Shown here: positions 9,813-19,761 of the stretch, in pieces
How the letters are laid out: every line of letters begins with the position of its first letter
Numbering within the stretch: the stretch's first letter is position 1
Origin: Deltaproteobacteria bacterium
GTDB lineage: Bacteria; Desulfobacterota; Binatia; Binatales; Binataceae
DNA: 64,000 nucleotides
Direction: 5' to 3'
Assembly (NCBI GenBank): GCA_021827495.1
Contig: JAKAVN010000001.1
Span: forward strand, 9,954-73,953
Position numbers and translations under genes: made by a program
The notes under the pieces: model-generated
Told to the model about the DNA's origin: nothing
The model's input: only the letters and a program-made list of their open reading frames with translations
The model's database searches: none

Positions 9813-10643
9813 ATGAACAAAGACAAGGTTCGCATTACCGATCTTGCCACGATGAAGGCGGAAGGCCGGCCGATCGCGATGCTGACGGCCTACGATTTTC
9901 CGTTCGCGCGGATCTTCGACCAGGCCGGCATCGACGTGCTGCTGGTCGGCGACAGTCTCGGTATGGTCGTGCAGGGTGCGGACAGCACGCTTGCCGTCAC
10001 CGTCGACGAGGTGCTGTACCACACTCGGATGGTGGCGCGGGCGCGCCGGCGCGCGCTGCTGGTGGCGGACATGCCGTTTCTCTCATATCAGGTGAGCGCG
10101 GAGAATGCGGTTCTGAACGCCGGCAGAATGCTCAAGGAGGGCGGTGCCGAGGCGGTCAAGCTGGAAGGCGGAATCTTGATCGCCGATACGGTGCACAAGC
10201 TGGTTGGCTTCGACATTCCGGTAATGGGCCATATCGGGCTGACACCCCAGTCGATCCATCGGATGGGTGGGCATCGCGTCCAGGGACGGCGCGCCGGCCA
10301 CGGTCCGGGATGCCGAGAGCGCTTGCTGGAGGATGCGGCGGCGCTGGAGGCGGCGGGGGCGTTTGCGATCGTGCTGGAAGGGATTCCGGCCGAGCTGGCC
10401 GGGGAAATTACCGCGCGCTCGGGCGTGCCCACGATCGGGATCGGCGCTGGCCCTTCGTGCGACGGCCAAGTGCTGGTGATGCACGACATGCTGGGGCTCA
10501 GCGAATCCTTCATGCCGCGCTTCGCCAAGCCCTACGCGCGTCTGTGGCATGACGCCGGCGCGGCCACCGCGGCCTACGTACGCGAGGTGCGCGAGCGCGC
10601 CTTTCCCGCCCCGGAACATTGTTACCGCATGAGGGAGGCCTGA
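9813..10643 (+). CDS. panB: 3-methyl-2-oxobutanoate hydroxymethyltransferase
   Basis: MLTAYD, LLVGDSLG, ADMPF, AVKLEGG, GHIGLTPQ and IGIGAG...DGQVLV motifs. Confidence 0.97.
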   Translation: MNKDKVRITDLATMKAEGRPIAMLTAYDFPFARIFDQAGIDVLLVGDSLGMVVQGADSTLAVTVDEVLYHTRMVARARRRALLVADMPFLSYQVSAENAVLNAGRMLKEGGAEAVKLEGGILIADTVHKLVGFDIPVMGHIGLTPQSIHRMGGHRVQGRRAGHGPGCRERLLEDAAALEAAGAFAIVLEGIPAELAGEITARSGVPTIGIGAGPSCDGQVLVMHDMLGLSESFMPRFAKPYARLWHDAGAATAAYVREVRERAFPAPEHCYRMREA

Positions 10644-10646
10644 ACG

Positions 10647-11504
10647 TTGAAAATCATAACGACTCCAGCGGAAATGCAATGCCGCTCCGACGCGATACGC
10701 CGCGCCGGCAAGCGCATCGCCTTCGTGCCCACGATGGGCTTCCTGCACGAGGGGCATCTCAGCCTGATGCGCGAAGGCAGGCGGCGCGCCGAGGTCGTGG
10801 TGGCCTCGATTTTCGTCAACCCTACGCAGTTCGGCCCCAACGAAGATTTCGGCCGCTACCCGCGCGCCTTCGAGCGCGACTGCGCGCTGATGCAAGAGGT
10901 GCCGGTTGATATCGTTTTTGCCCCGGCGCCGGAGGCGATGTATCCGGCGGGCGCGCAGACCTGGGTCGAGGTGGCGGAGATCACCAAGGGGCTCTGCGGC
11001 GCGCATCGCCCGGGCCACTTCCGCGGCGTCACCACGGTGGTCGCCAAGCTGTTCAACATCGTCAAGCCGCACTACGCGATATTCGGCGAGAAGGACTTTC
11101 AGCAGTTGCGCGCGATCCAGCGGATGGTCAAGGATCTCAACTTCGACCTCGAGATCGTGCCGATGCCGACCGTGCGCGAGTCCGACGGGCTCGCGCTGAG
11201 CTCGCGCAACGCCTACCTTTCGGCCGCCGAGCGCGAGCGCGCGCTCAGCCTCAGCCGCGCGCTGGAAGCCGCGCGCCGCGAATTTGCCGCCGGCGCCCGC
11301 GACCCGCGCGCGCTGGTGCGCGCGGCCTGCGCGGTGCTCAGCGCGACGCCTGAAATCCGCCTCGAGTACATCGAGGCGGTCGACTCCGAGTCGCTGGCGT
11401 CGATCGCGCGTGTCGAACGGCCGGTGGTGGTCGCGATCGCGACCCACGTCGGCAAGACGCGGCTCATCGACAACGCGGTCTTCACTCCACCGCCGCCGGG
11501 ATAA
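10647..11504 (+). CDS. panC: Pantoate--beta-alanine ligase
   Basis: VPTMGFLHEGH, SIFVNPTQF, RPGHFRGV, FGEKD, GLALSSRN and RLIDN motifs; TTG start. Confidence 0.97.
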   Translation: MKIITTPAEMQCRSDAIRRAGKRIAFVPTMGFLHEGHLSLMREGRRRAEVVVASIFVNPTQFGPNEDFGRYPRAFERDCALMQEVPVDIVFAPAPEAMYPAGAQTWVEVAEITKGLCGAHRPGHFRGVTTVVAKLFNIVKPHYAIFGEKDFQQLRAIQRMVKDLNFDLEIVPMPTVRESDGLALSSRNAYLSAAERERALSLSRALEAARREFAAGARDPRALVRAACAVLSATPEIRLEYIEAVDSESLASIARVERPVVVAIATHVGKTRLIDNAVFTPPPPG

Positions 11505-11576
11505 GCCCAGCGCGCGGCGTGCGCGCCCCGTGCGCGCGAGGCGCGGTGCCGCTGCGGGCCGGGGCGCAATGCCGCT

Positions 11577-12869
11577 CTAGCGGAAGTCCTGGCCGAGGCC
11601 GCCAGGCGTCGAGTACTTCTTGAGATCGTGGAACTTCTTGGGCACCTGCTGGTTGATGTAGGCTCCATGCCCGGCGCGGTCAATGCTGCCATAGAAAGTG
11701 GCGTGATGGCTCTGGAGGTCCCAGAAAATGTCGATCTGGGTGCCACTGAAGTCCTGCACGCCGAGCCCCGGCACCGCCCGCGCCATCGGCAGCACCGCGA
11801 AGCTCTTCCACAACTTCAGCCGCGTGTCGTAGAGGTCCTCCCACAGCGGCACGTAACTGTTCTTGTCGGCGTAGATGATGCGCTTGCCGAAGCAGTAGCC
11901 GGCGGTGAGCGACGGCACTCTGCGCACGTCGATGGCGTAAACGTCACGCAGTTCCCATGTGCCCCACGACGGCTTGGGCCATCCGAGCGGCATCGTGTAC
12001 TGCTCGGGGAATTTGCCGGCGTTGCCGTTGTAATTGATGAGCGCGAGAATCCTGCGCTCGCCGAGCAACTGCGAGGTGAACTCGGTGATGTTGCCGTCGA
12101 AGCCGTAGCGCAGGTCGTCGCGCGTCATGTCGCTTTTGCCCTGCAGGCAGCGCACGGCCCCGTTGAGTTGCGACGTGCGGCGCAGCGAAGGGATGAACTC
12201 GTAGACGTCCTGCGGGCGGGTGAGGTCCGAGTAGATGATGGTCAGATGCGCGCTGTACTTGGCCTCTTCGGGCTCCTCGACCATGCTCCATGCGGTGTAG
12301 TCCATGTCGCCCGCCCCCGGCGTGACCATCGGATATCCGGGATCGACGATGTGCTTGAGCGCGCGGTCGACGAAAATGTCGCGGCCGCAGGAGATGTTGC
12401 CGAACGGGTTCATGGCGCAGTCGGAACTGATGTTGGCCGGCGTCGACACGACCAGATGGGGCATGTAGCGGAACCACAGGTCGGCCAGGATCTCCCATCC
12501 GGCGTGCGTCCCGGCGGGATGGGGAAACGGAATGCCGGCGGTGTAGCCGGCCAGGTTGAAACTGCCGTTGGGCAGCGGCAACATCCTGACCTGCGCCGAA
12601 TATTTCTCGGTCGCGTCTAGGTAGGGCTTGGGCAGCGGATGGTTGCGGGTGGGGCCGACGACGATCTGAGCGTCAGCGGGCATCTTCCATGGATACTGGC
12701 CGGAAAACAGCGCGGCCATGCTGTCGGGCATGAACTGCTGATAGCTATGCCAGTTCTGCGTGGTGATCACGGTGCCGGGCGGAATCGGCGCGTCGGCTGC
12801 GAACACCACCGGCACAATCGCCACGGACATAAGGAGAGCGATCAAGGCAATTCTACGTACCAGAGCCAT
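11577..12869 (-). CDS. DUF1329-family secreted protein
   Basis: Signal peptide; PGTVIT...NW, YTAGIPFP, FIPSLRR, Y-x-FGKRIIYAD, W-x-DLYD...LWK pattern typical of DUF1329. Confidence 0.75.
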   Translation of the reverse strand: MALVRRIALIALLMSVAIVPVVFAADAPIPPGTVITTQNWHSYQQFMPDSMAALFSGQYPWKMPADAQIVVGPTRNHPLPKPYLDATEKYSAQVRMLPLPNGSFNLAGYTAGIPFPHPAGTHAGWEILADLWFRYMPHLVVSTPANISSDCAMNPFGNISCGRDIFVDRALKHIVDPGYPMVTPGAGDMDYTAWSMVEEPEEAKYSAHLTIIYSDLTRPQDVYEFIPSLRRTSQLNGAVRCLQGKSDMTRDDLRYGFDGNITEFTSQLLGERRILALINYNGNAGKFPEQYTMPLGWPKPSWGTWELRDVYAIDVRRVPSLTAGYCFGKRIIYADKNSYVPLWEDLYDTRLKLWKSFAVLPMARAVPGLGVQDFSGTQIDIFWDLQSHHATFYGSIDRAGHGAYINQQVPKKFHDLKKYSTPGGLGQDFR

Positions 12870-13131
12870 CGTTCAATCCTTTCGGCCCTTAGCACAGGGC
12901 CGCGTGCTCTCCCTTGAAAGCAGATAAGGCACAGCCGGATCAAGGGAAAAGCAAATGATTGCTCAGCCTGAACAGACGAATATCGTATGCGCAGGCGCTT
13001 TGTGAAACGGCAGCATCGTGGAGTGTGCGCTTGACCGGGGCGAAATGGCCCGCCGCAAAAGCGCGGGGCGGGAGCGGGCCACCGGCCCGTTACCGCCCCG
13101 TGGGCGCCACGAACTCGCCGCGCGGGGCGGC

Positions 13132-14457
13132 TCAGTAGTAGTCGACCGGATCGATCTGGCGCTTGGCGCCGTACCAGAACAGCATGTTCTCGGTCAGCCC
13201 TTGCCAGGTGAACTTGCCCGGCGGCATCAGCAGGCGCTTGAACATCGACTTGAACGAGTAGAACTCCTTGGTGCAGCGCCACACGCCCTCTTCGACCTGC
13301 TGCGGCGAGAGCTTGTTGGGCACGAACATGCAGCGGAAGTTGTTGGTGTACATGTCGGCGTCGGGGATGATGACGCGGCCCTCCTGCTCGAGCTTCGTGC
13401 GCATCGGCGTGCCCCTGCGCGGCGTGACCGTGTTGAAGAACGCTTCGGGCGCCTTGACCTCGTGCAGGAAGGCGAGGGTGTCGTCGAAGATCTGCGGCTG
13501 GTCTTCTTCGAGGCCGAACAGGAAGTTGAGCGAGTAATAAATCCCGTAGTGCTCCAGTCGCTTGAGCAGCTTCTTGTAGTCCTTGGCGTGGTTCTGAATC
13601 TTGCTCATCGACAGCAGGCTGTCCTGGCTGATCGATTCGACGCCGATGTTGACGTGGAACACGCCCGCCTTGGCCGCCAGCTCGAGCAGGTCCTCGTCAT
13701 GGTTGGAGTTGATGGTCCACAGGCAGGAGAAGCGGATGTTGAGCGGGATCAGCGCGCGGAACAGCTCGCGCGCGAACTTGTGCTTGCCGGTGATTTGGTC
13801 GTCGATGAACTGGAAGCGGCGGAAGCCGGTGACCTCGATGACCTGCTTGATTTCCTCGATGATGTCCTCAATCGGGCGGGTGCGATAGCTGCCATCATAG
13901 AAGACCGGGATTTCGCAAAACGAGCAGCGGTACGGGCATCCACGGCTCGCCTGCACGGGCATCGCCTTGAACAGGTAACGGTTGAGCTTGAGCAGCTCGT
14001 GGCGCGGGCGCGGCAGGTTCTTCAGATCGTGCAGCTTGGCGGACTTGTAAGTGCGCTTGAGCTTGCCGTCCTGCCAGTCGCGCAGCAGCGGCTCCCATAC
14101 CAGGTCGGCCTCGCCCTGGACCACCGCGTCGGCGTGCTTGAGCGCCTCCTCGGTCTGGAGCGTGGCATGGAACCCGCCCATCACCACCGGGATGCCGCGC
14201 TTGCGGAACTCGTCGCCGAGCTGGTAGGCGCGCAGCGAGGCGCCGATGGTGGTGGTCATTCCGACCAGGTCCCAGCCGGCGTCGAAATCGATCTCCTCCA
14301 GCCGCTCGTCGCACAGCGTCACGTCGAAGTCGGGCGGCGTCAACCCCGCCAGCAGCGGGATCATCAAACCCATGATGAGCCGCCAACGCGTCTTATGAGG
14401 CGTGCCGTCCAGATGGATCGTCGTCGGTTGGATCAGCAGGATCCGCGGTTTCTTCAC
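13132..14457 (-). CDS. B12-binding-domain radical SAM protein
   Basis: N-terminal cobalamin-binding region (DLVGMT...VVMGGFHAT...GEAD), SRGCPYRCSFC CxxxCxxC motif, IGVES; GTG start chosen at VKKPRILLIQP. Confidence 0.9.
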   Translation of the reverse strand: MKKPRILLIQPTTIHLDGTPHKTRWRLIMGLMIPLLAGLTPPDFDVTLCDERLEEIDFDAGWDLVGMTTTIGASLRAYQLGDEFRKRGIPVVMGGFHATLQTEEALKHADAVVQGEADLVWEPLLRDWQDGKLKRTYKSAKLHDLKNLPRPRHELLKLNRYLFKAMPVQASRGCPYRCSFCEIPVFYDGSYRTRPIEDIIEEIKQVIEVTGFRRFQFIDDQITGKHKFARELFRALIPLNIRFSCLWTINSNHDEDLLELAAKAGVFHVNIGVESISQDSLLSMSKIQNHAKDYKKLLKRLEHYGIYYSLNFLFGLEEDQPQIFDDTLAFLHEVKAPEAFFNTVTPRRGTPMRTKLEQEGRVIIPDADMYTNNFRCMFVPNKLSPQQVEEGVWRCTKEFYSFKSMFKRLLMPPGKFTWQGLTENMLFWYGAKRQIDPVDYY

Positions 14458-14480
14458 ACTGCCTCCCGGCGGCGCCGCGC

Positions 14481-15644
14481 TTAGGCGGGCCGCTCTTGAA
14501 TCCCGTTCCGCCCGTGCCCCTTCGCGGTCATCCACCACAGCACCAAGGCAAAGACGTAAGTGCCAAAGGCCGTTCCCCAGGCGAAATAGTAAACCCTGTC
14601 GAACAGCGCCAGCACGACCAGCAGGTAGGCGAAGTCACGGCCGCTCACCCGCTCAACCTGCGCGATAAACCGCTCGGTCTGTTCGCCGTTGACGCGAGTC
14701 GCACGCCAGGTCGTGAGCGCACACAGTCCAAAACCAACCAACAGAATGGCGAGCAGGTAGATGTAGGCCCGGCTGCTGCTCGCCCGATAGCATCCGGCCA
14801 TGATGCCGGCGAAGAGCGCGACATGCACCAGGTTGTCGGTGAAAACGTCCAGCCGCGCGCCCCATCGCGACTCAGCCATCTTGAGCCGCGCCAGCTCGCC
14901 GTCGACGCCATCGAGGGTCACCGAGACCAGGAACATCAGGGCGGCGGCCAGGCGCGGCCAATAGCCCGCAAAGCTGAACAGCCACGCGCTCAGCAATCCC
15001 AGCGCGGTATTGACGAGCGTCACCTGGTTGGGTGTGATCGCGGTGCGTGCGAGGCGATAGCTGATTCGCCACGACAGCCGCCGGTCCACCCAGCGCGCCA
15101 TCAGCGCGTCCTTGTCGGCGCTCTCGCGGCGCAGCTCGCGCGCCAGCCTGAGTTCGGCCTCGCGCACATCCTCGGCCCGTCCGTCGAGCGCAAAGGGCAA
15201 CTGGCCGCTTGGCGCGAGCCGCGTTGCCGGGCCGCCGGAGCCATCGAGCAGGCGGCCGAGTGGTCCCGCCGCGACGCTGCCGCGGCGCGCGAGGTCGGTG
15301 CTCTCGACGCTGACGACCCCGCCGGGCCGTGCGGCATGGCTATCGAGCAGGCCGCGCAACTGCGAGGCCGCCAGCACCAGGTTGCCCCTAAACGCGACAC
15401 AGGGCGCGTCGGCCGGCATCTGTTCGAGGACCTGGGCAAACGAGCCGACGAAGTTCACCTCGGGATGGTCGCGGAACGAGCCCAACGAGGCGCGCAGGCC
15501 GCCGCGCTCGGCCTCGCTCGCCTCGATAAAGAACCGCTTCACTCCCGCGCGTTGGCAAATAAGCATCAGGCGCTCGATCAGTGATCGCCCGAAGATCGTG
15601 TTGCCCGCACGGCCCGAAGTGTTGATTAGCGCTGTGTCAACCAA
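14481..15644 (-). CDS. CDP-alcohol phosphatidyltransferase with degenerate N-terminal nucleotidyltransferase-like domain
   Basis: ITPNQVT and DGVDGELARLKMAESRWGARLDVFTD (DxxDGxxAR...G...D...D signature); N-terminal IFGRSLIERL...AGVKRFFI. Confidence 0.88.
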   Translation of the reverse strand: MVDTALINTSGRAGNTIFGRSLIERLMLICQRAGVKRFFIEASEAERGGLRASLGSFRDHPEVNFVGSFAQVLEQMPADAPCVAFRGNLVLAASQLRGLLDSHAARPGGVVSVESTDLARRGSVAAGPLGRLLDGSGGPATRLAPSGQLPFALDGRAEDVREAELRLARELRRESADKDALMARWVDRRLSWRISYRLARTAITPNQVTLVNTALGLLSAWLFSFAGYWPRLAAALMFLVSVTLDGVDGELARLKMAESRWGARLDVFTDNLVHVALFAGIMAGCYRASSSRAYIYLLAILLVGFGLCALTTWRATRVNGEQTERFIAQVERVSGRDFAYLLVVLALFDRVYYFAWGTAFGTYVFALVLWWMTAKGHGRNGIQERPA

Positions 15645-15646
15645 GG

Positions 15647-15670
15647 AAAGCCTTATTGAATAAAGGCTTT
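15647..15670. promoter_or_regulatory. Palindrome (possible operator) in the divergent AT-rich promoter region
   Basis: AAAGCCTT-8 nt-AAGGCTTT perfect 8-bp inverted repeat abutting the start codon at 15644. Confidence 0.4.
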
Positions 15671-15842
15671 TAGACTAATCGCAGGGCGGAGTCAATGTAC
15701 TGACCGTGCGGTTTGTCTACCTGTTCGTCGACCCTCCATCCCCGCCTGTTCATAACACTTAACTTTTTCGTAACTCCGCTCGTTGAGTACTTTGCCATCT
15801 TATTTGTGGAGGCACATAGCGAGGGCTGCTAGACTGGCGCCT

Positions 15843-16592
15843 GTGGCCAGTCCTGCGCGAGCGATCTTATTCGACTTCGGCGGCACACTCGACCATCCAC
15901 ACCATTGGCTGGACCGTTTCGTGCGCCATTACCGTGCGGCAGGCATGCAGCTCAGCCGTAGCGAGCTGGACGCCGCCTATTCGCACGCGACCCGCACCGC
16001 TTACGAGGCCGGCGAAGAAGTCCATCGCCACAATCTGCACGAGCTTATTCGTTATTTGGTCGCCCATCAGTTCAACTATCTCCATCGCCACGGCCCCGAC
16101 AACGTGCGCGAGCATCTCGCGGGCCTCGGCGACCAGCGCCATCGCTTGGCCGAGCGCATTACCGCCGGCTTCGCCGAGGAGTCGGCCCAAGGACTGGCAC
16201 GCAGCCGCGCGCTCCTCAAGGAACTGTCCCGCGATTTCAAGCTCGGCGTGGTCTCCAACTTTTATGGCAACCTGCAGGTCGTCCTGTTCGAGGCCGGCAT
16301 CCGCGAGTTGCTCCAGGTCGCGATCGACTCCAAGCACCTGCGCGTCTTCAAACCCGACGAGCGGATCTTCACCGCCGCGCTCAAGGTGCTTGACCTGCCG
16401 CACAACCAGGTGGCGATGGTGGGGGACTCGCTGCACAAGGATTGCGCACCCGCGCGCAAGCTCGGCATGCGTTCGATCTGGCTGCGCGGGCATCACGCCG
16501 GACCCGGCGAGCATCCGCAGGCGCGCGCGGCGGCCGCGCTCGCCGACCATACGATCGATTCGCTCGATGAGTTGAAGGAACTCACATGGTAG
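15843..16592 (+). CDS. HAD-family hydrolase
   Basis: FDFGGTLD, VVSNF, KPD and VGDS...D motifs; start could be 15783 (TTG), GTG 15843 follows a TAGACT -10-like box. Confidence 0.85.
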   Translation: MASPARAILFDFGGTLDHPHHWLDRFVRHYRAAGMQLSRSELDAAYSHATRTAYEAGEEVHRHNLHELIRYLVAHQFNYLHRHGPDNVREHLAGLGDQRHRLAERITAGFAEESAQGLARSRALLKELSRDFKLGVVSNFYGNLQVVLFEAGIRELLQVAIDSKHLRVFKPDERIFTAALKVLDLPHNQVAMVGDSLHKDCAPARKLGMRSIWLRGHHAGPGEHPQARAAAALADHTIDSLDELKELTW

Positions 16593-17335
16593 ACGGGCTC
16601 CGCGGCGCGATTATCGCGGCCGGCCGGGGCGAGCGCCTGCGCGGCGCGGTGGCTGATCTTCCCAAGCCGCTGGTCGAGCTCGGCGGCGAGCCGATGCTTG
16701 TGCGACAGGCGCGGATAATGCGTGAGGCGGGTGCGGAGACCGTCGTGGCGCTGGTCAATTCCGAGACTGCGAGGCTCATCGCGAGCCGCGCGGTCCGGAT
16801 TGCGTCGTGGATCAAACTCCGGGTGCGCGATACGCCGAGTTCGATGGAATCACTGCTTAGCTTGGGCGAAGACCTGCGCGGCGCCGGGCATTTTCTGCTC
16901 GCCACGGTCGACGCGGTGGTCGAGGCGGCTGAGCTGCGCCGTTTCGCCGGGCGCGCGCTGGAGCTGGCCGGCGGCGCCCCTCCACGCTTCGACGGCGCGC
17001 TCGCGGTGGTGCGATGGCGCGGCGACCAGCGGCCGCTGTTCGCCGAGATCAGGCCGGACGGCGCGATCGCCGCGCTCGGCGGGCGGCCGAGCGCGATGGT
17101 CACGGCGGGCTTCTATTGGCTGCCCGCGGCGATTTTCGATTTGGCCTCGCGGGCGCGCGCCGCGCACCTTGACGCGATGCGCAAGCTGCTCGCGATGGCG
17201 GTCGCAAGCGGGATGCGGCTCGGGGCGATCGAACTCGAGGCGACGATCGACGTCGATGAGTCGGCCGACTTGGCCGCCGCGCGCGCGCTGGTCGCCGGAG
17301 CGCCGCCGCGCAGCCCGGGCGGGGGCGGTAAGTGA
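16586..17335 (+). CDS. NTP transferase (nucleotidyltransferase) family protein
   Basis: IIAAGRGERL...PKPLV signature, ATVD, C-terminal IDVD...DL. Confidence 0.88.
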   Translation: MVDGLRGAIIAAGRGERLRGAVADLPKPLVELGGEPMLVRQARIMREAGAETVVALVNSETARLIASRAVRIASWIKLRVRDTPSSMESLLSLGEDLRGAGHFLLATVDAVVEAAELRRFAGRALELAGGAPPRFDGALAVVRWRGDQRPLFAEIRPDGAIAALGGRPSAMVTAGFYWLPAAIFDLASRARAAHLDAMRKLLAMAVASGMRLGAIELEATIDVDESADLAAARALVAGAPPRSPGGGGK

Positions 17336-18171
17336 AGATGCGTGTGCTGGGGATTTACCGCGAGACCGAGTTTTCTCCGGGCAAGGTCGCGCACGATGCC
17401 GCAATCCTCGACGCGGTGCTGGCTGAGCTCAAGCGCCATGGCGCGGAGGTCTCGGTCATCAGCGCCGCACGCTTTGTCGGTGATGCGCCGGCCAGCGCGG
17501 ACCTGGTGCTCGCGATGTGCCAGGGTGAGCGCGCACTCGGCCGCCTGGTGGCGCTCGAGCAGCAGGGCGCGATCGCGGTCAACTCCGCGCTCGCGATTCG
17601 CAACTGCTACCGCGACCTCCTCTGCGCCGGCCTGATCCATGCCGGGGTTCCCGTTCCGGCCGGTGCGCTGGTCAGGACCGGCGCCCGCCCGCCGGACTTG
17701 ACCCCGCTCGGCGTGCTGGATCTTGACGCGCCGATGTTCATCAAGCGCGGCGACCTGCATGCACTTGCGCCCGACGACGTGCAGCGGGTAGAAAGCCGTG
17801 GCGCGCTGCGCGCGGCGCTGGCCCGGCTGGCGCAGCGCGCAGTGCCGGTAGCCTACGTGCAGCAGGCGGTCGACGGCAGGGTGGTGAAGTTTTACGGCGT
17901 CAGCGGCGGCGAGTACTTTACCGCGCTGGCCGAAGAAGGATCGATATCCGAGCGCGTGCAGTTCGACTTGGCCCGGAGCGCCGCGGCTGCGGCCGCCACG
18001 CTGGGCCTCGAGGCGTGGGGTGGCGATGCGGTAATCGATGGCGAGCGGTTTATGATCATTGATTTCAACGACTGGCCCAGCTTTAGCCGGGTGCGCGAGA
18101 GCGCCGCCCGCGCGATCGCGCGGCGCTGCCTGATGCTCGCGCGCCGGCCGCGCCAAGGCTCTGAGTTATAG
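17332..18171 (+). CDS. ATP-grasp-like hypothetical protein
   Basis: AVNSALAIRNCYR, PMFIKRGD, VQQAVDG...KFYGV, LGLEAWGGDAV and IIDFNDWPSF follow the ATP-grasp layout. Confidence 0.7.
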   Translation: MKMRVLGIYRETEFSPGKVAHDAAILDAVLAELKRHGAEVSVISAARFVGDAPASADLVLAMCQGERALGRLVALEQQGAIAVNSALAIRNCYRDLLCAGLIHAGVPVPAGALVRTGARPPDLTPLGVLDLDAPMFIKRGDLHALAPDDVQRVESRGALRAALARLAQRAVPVAYVQQAVDGRVVKFYGVSGGEYFTALAEEGSISERVQFDLARSAAAAAATLGLEAWGGDAVIDGERFMIIDFNDWPSFSRVRESAARAIARRCLMLARRPRQGSEL

Positions 18172-18201
18172 TTTTCCAGGAGGGCCCACGCAGGCCGCAG
18201 C

Positions 18202-19704
18202 ATGAGCAAACCGCACCCGCCGGCGCTTAGGACAGCCGGCGAATTGAAGATCACCAACGGATCCGGAACCGCGAACGGACCAGCTATTTCCAAAGGGCCC
18301 GCGCCCGCCAATGGGGCTGTCACCGCGAGTGAACCGCGGCCTCCTGGCATGCCCGGCCTCCAGCCCAACATCACCACTGCGGTTCCCGGGCCAAAGTCGC
18401 GCGCGCTGTTCGCTGAGGAGCAGAGCCATATCGCGCCGGGCCGCCAGCGTATCTCGCTGCTCGCCAGCCTCGCCTTCGATCATGGCGAGGGCGCCACGCT
18501 GACTGACGTTGATGGCAACGTGTTCGTCGACTTCTTCGCCGGCGTCGGGGTCGCGAGCCTCGGCCACGCGCATCCGGCTCTCGTGCGGGCGCTCGCGCAC
18601 CAAGCCTCGCGGCTCATCGTGGGCACCTTCGCCACGCCCGAGCGCGCGGAGGCCTTCCGGCTGCTCGGCGAAGCCGCGCCCGCGGGCCTTGAGCGTGCGC
18701 ATCTGTACAGCGGCGGCGCGGAGGCGGTCGAGGCGGCGCTCAGGCTCGCGCGCTCGAAAACCAAGCGCCACGAGGTGCTGAGCTTCTGGGGCGGCTTCCA
18801 CGGCAAGACCGGCGGTGTGATTGGGCTCATCGGCGACGAATCCAAGCAGGGCTACGGCCCGTTGCCGGGCGGCCAGTACATGGTGCCGTACGCCGACTGC
18901 TACCGCTGCCCATTCAAAATGGAATATCCGCGGTGCGGGATGTACTGCGTCGATTTCGCGCGCCAGCAGCTCAAGCGCAGCTCCGCAGGCGCGCTTGCGG
19001 CCGTGGTGGCCGAGCCGATGCAGGGAACGGCGGGCAACGTGATTCCGCCCGACGATTATCTTCCCGCGGTCCAGCAAGTCGCGCGCGAGCACGGCGCAAT
19101 GCTCATCGCGGACGAAATGATCACCGGCTTCGGCCGCACCGGGCGCATGTGGGGAATCGAGCACAGCGGCGTCGCACCCGACATCATGACGGTCGGCAAG
19201 GGGATGGGCTCGGGCTTTCCGGTCTCCGGCGTGCTGCTCAGCGAGGAACTGGGACGGAGCGAGCCCTTTGGCAAACCCAGTGCGTCGTCGTCGAGCTACG
19301 GCGGTAATCCGCTGGCCGCAGTCGCGGTCGCCGAGACGCTGCGCACGATCAAGCGCGAAGGGCTGGTCGAAAATTCGGCCGCCGTCGGCGCGTTTTTGCT
19401 CGAGCGCCTGATGCGTCTGCGGGAGAAATACGAATTCGTCGGCGACGTGCGCGGCAAGGGGCTGCTGATCGGCGTCGACCTGGTGCGCGATCGCAAGAGC
19501 AGAGAGATGCTCGGCCGTTCGATAACCGAGGCCATCTTCAAGGAGGCGCTCAAGCGCGGCCTGTTGGTGATGGGTTATTTTCCGCGCATGCGGATCAATC
19601 CACCGCTGGTCATCACGCGCGAGCAGGCCGCGGCGGGTGCGGAAATTCTCGACGAGGTCTTCGCCCACGTCCGCGACCATCTCGACTGGCGCAACGCCCC
19701 GTAG
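18202..19704 (+). CDS. Class III PLP-dependent aminotransferase
   Basis: DVDGNVFVDF, SGGAEAVEAA, FHGKT, EPMQG, LIADEMITGFGRTG, VGKGMG (PLP Lys), DVRGKGL. Confidence 0.92.
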   Translation: MSKPHPPALRTAGELKITNGSGTANGPAISKGPAPANGAVTASEPRPPGMPGLQPNITTAVPGPKSRALFAEEQSHIAPGRQRISLLASLAFDHGEGATLTDVDGNVFVDFFAGVGVASLGHAHPALVRALAHQASRLIVGTFATPERAEAFRLLGEAAPAGLERAHLYSGGAEAVEAALRLARSKTKRHEVLSFWGGFHGKTGGVIGLIGDESKQGYGPLPGGQYMVPYADCYRCPFKMEYPRCGMYCVDFARQQLKRSSAGALAAVVAEPMQGTAGNVIPPDDYLPAVQQVAREHGAMLIADEMITGFGRTGRMWGIEHSGVAPDIMTVGKGMGSGFPVSGVLLSEELGRSEPFGKPSASSSSYGGNPLAAVAVAETLRTIKREGLVENSAAVGAFLLERLMRLREKYEFVGDVRGKGLLIGVDLVRDRKSREMLGRSITEAIFKEALKRGLLVMGYFPRMRINPPLVITREQAAAGAEILDEVFAHVRDHLDWRNAP

Positions 19705-19761
19705 GCCGGGCGAATAGAGCGGCGCGCCGCCGAAACGGGGGGCGCATGGAAAGAATCGGCA

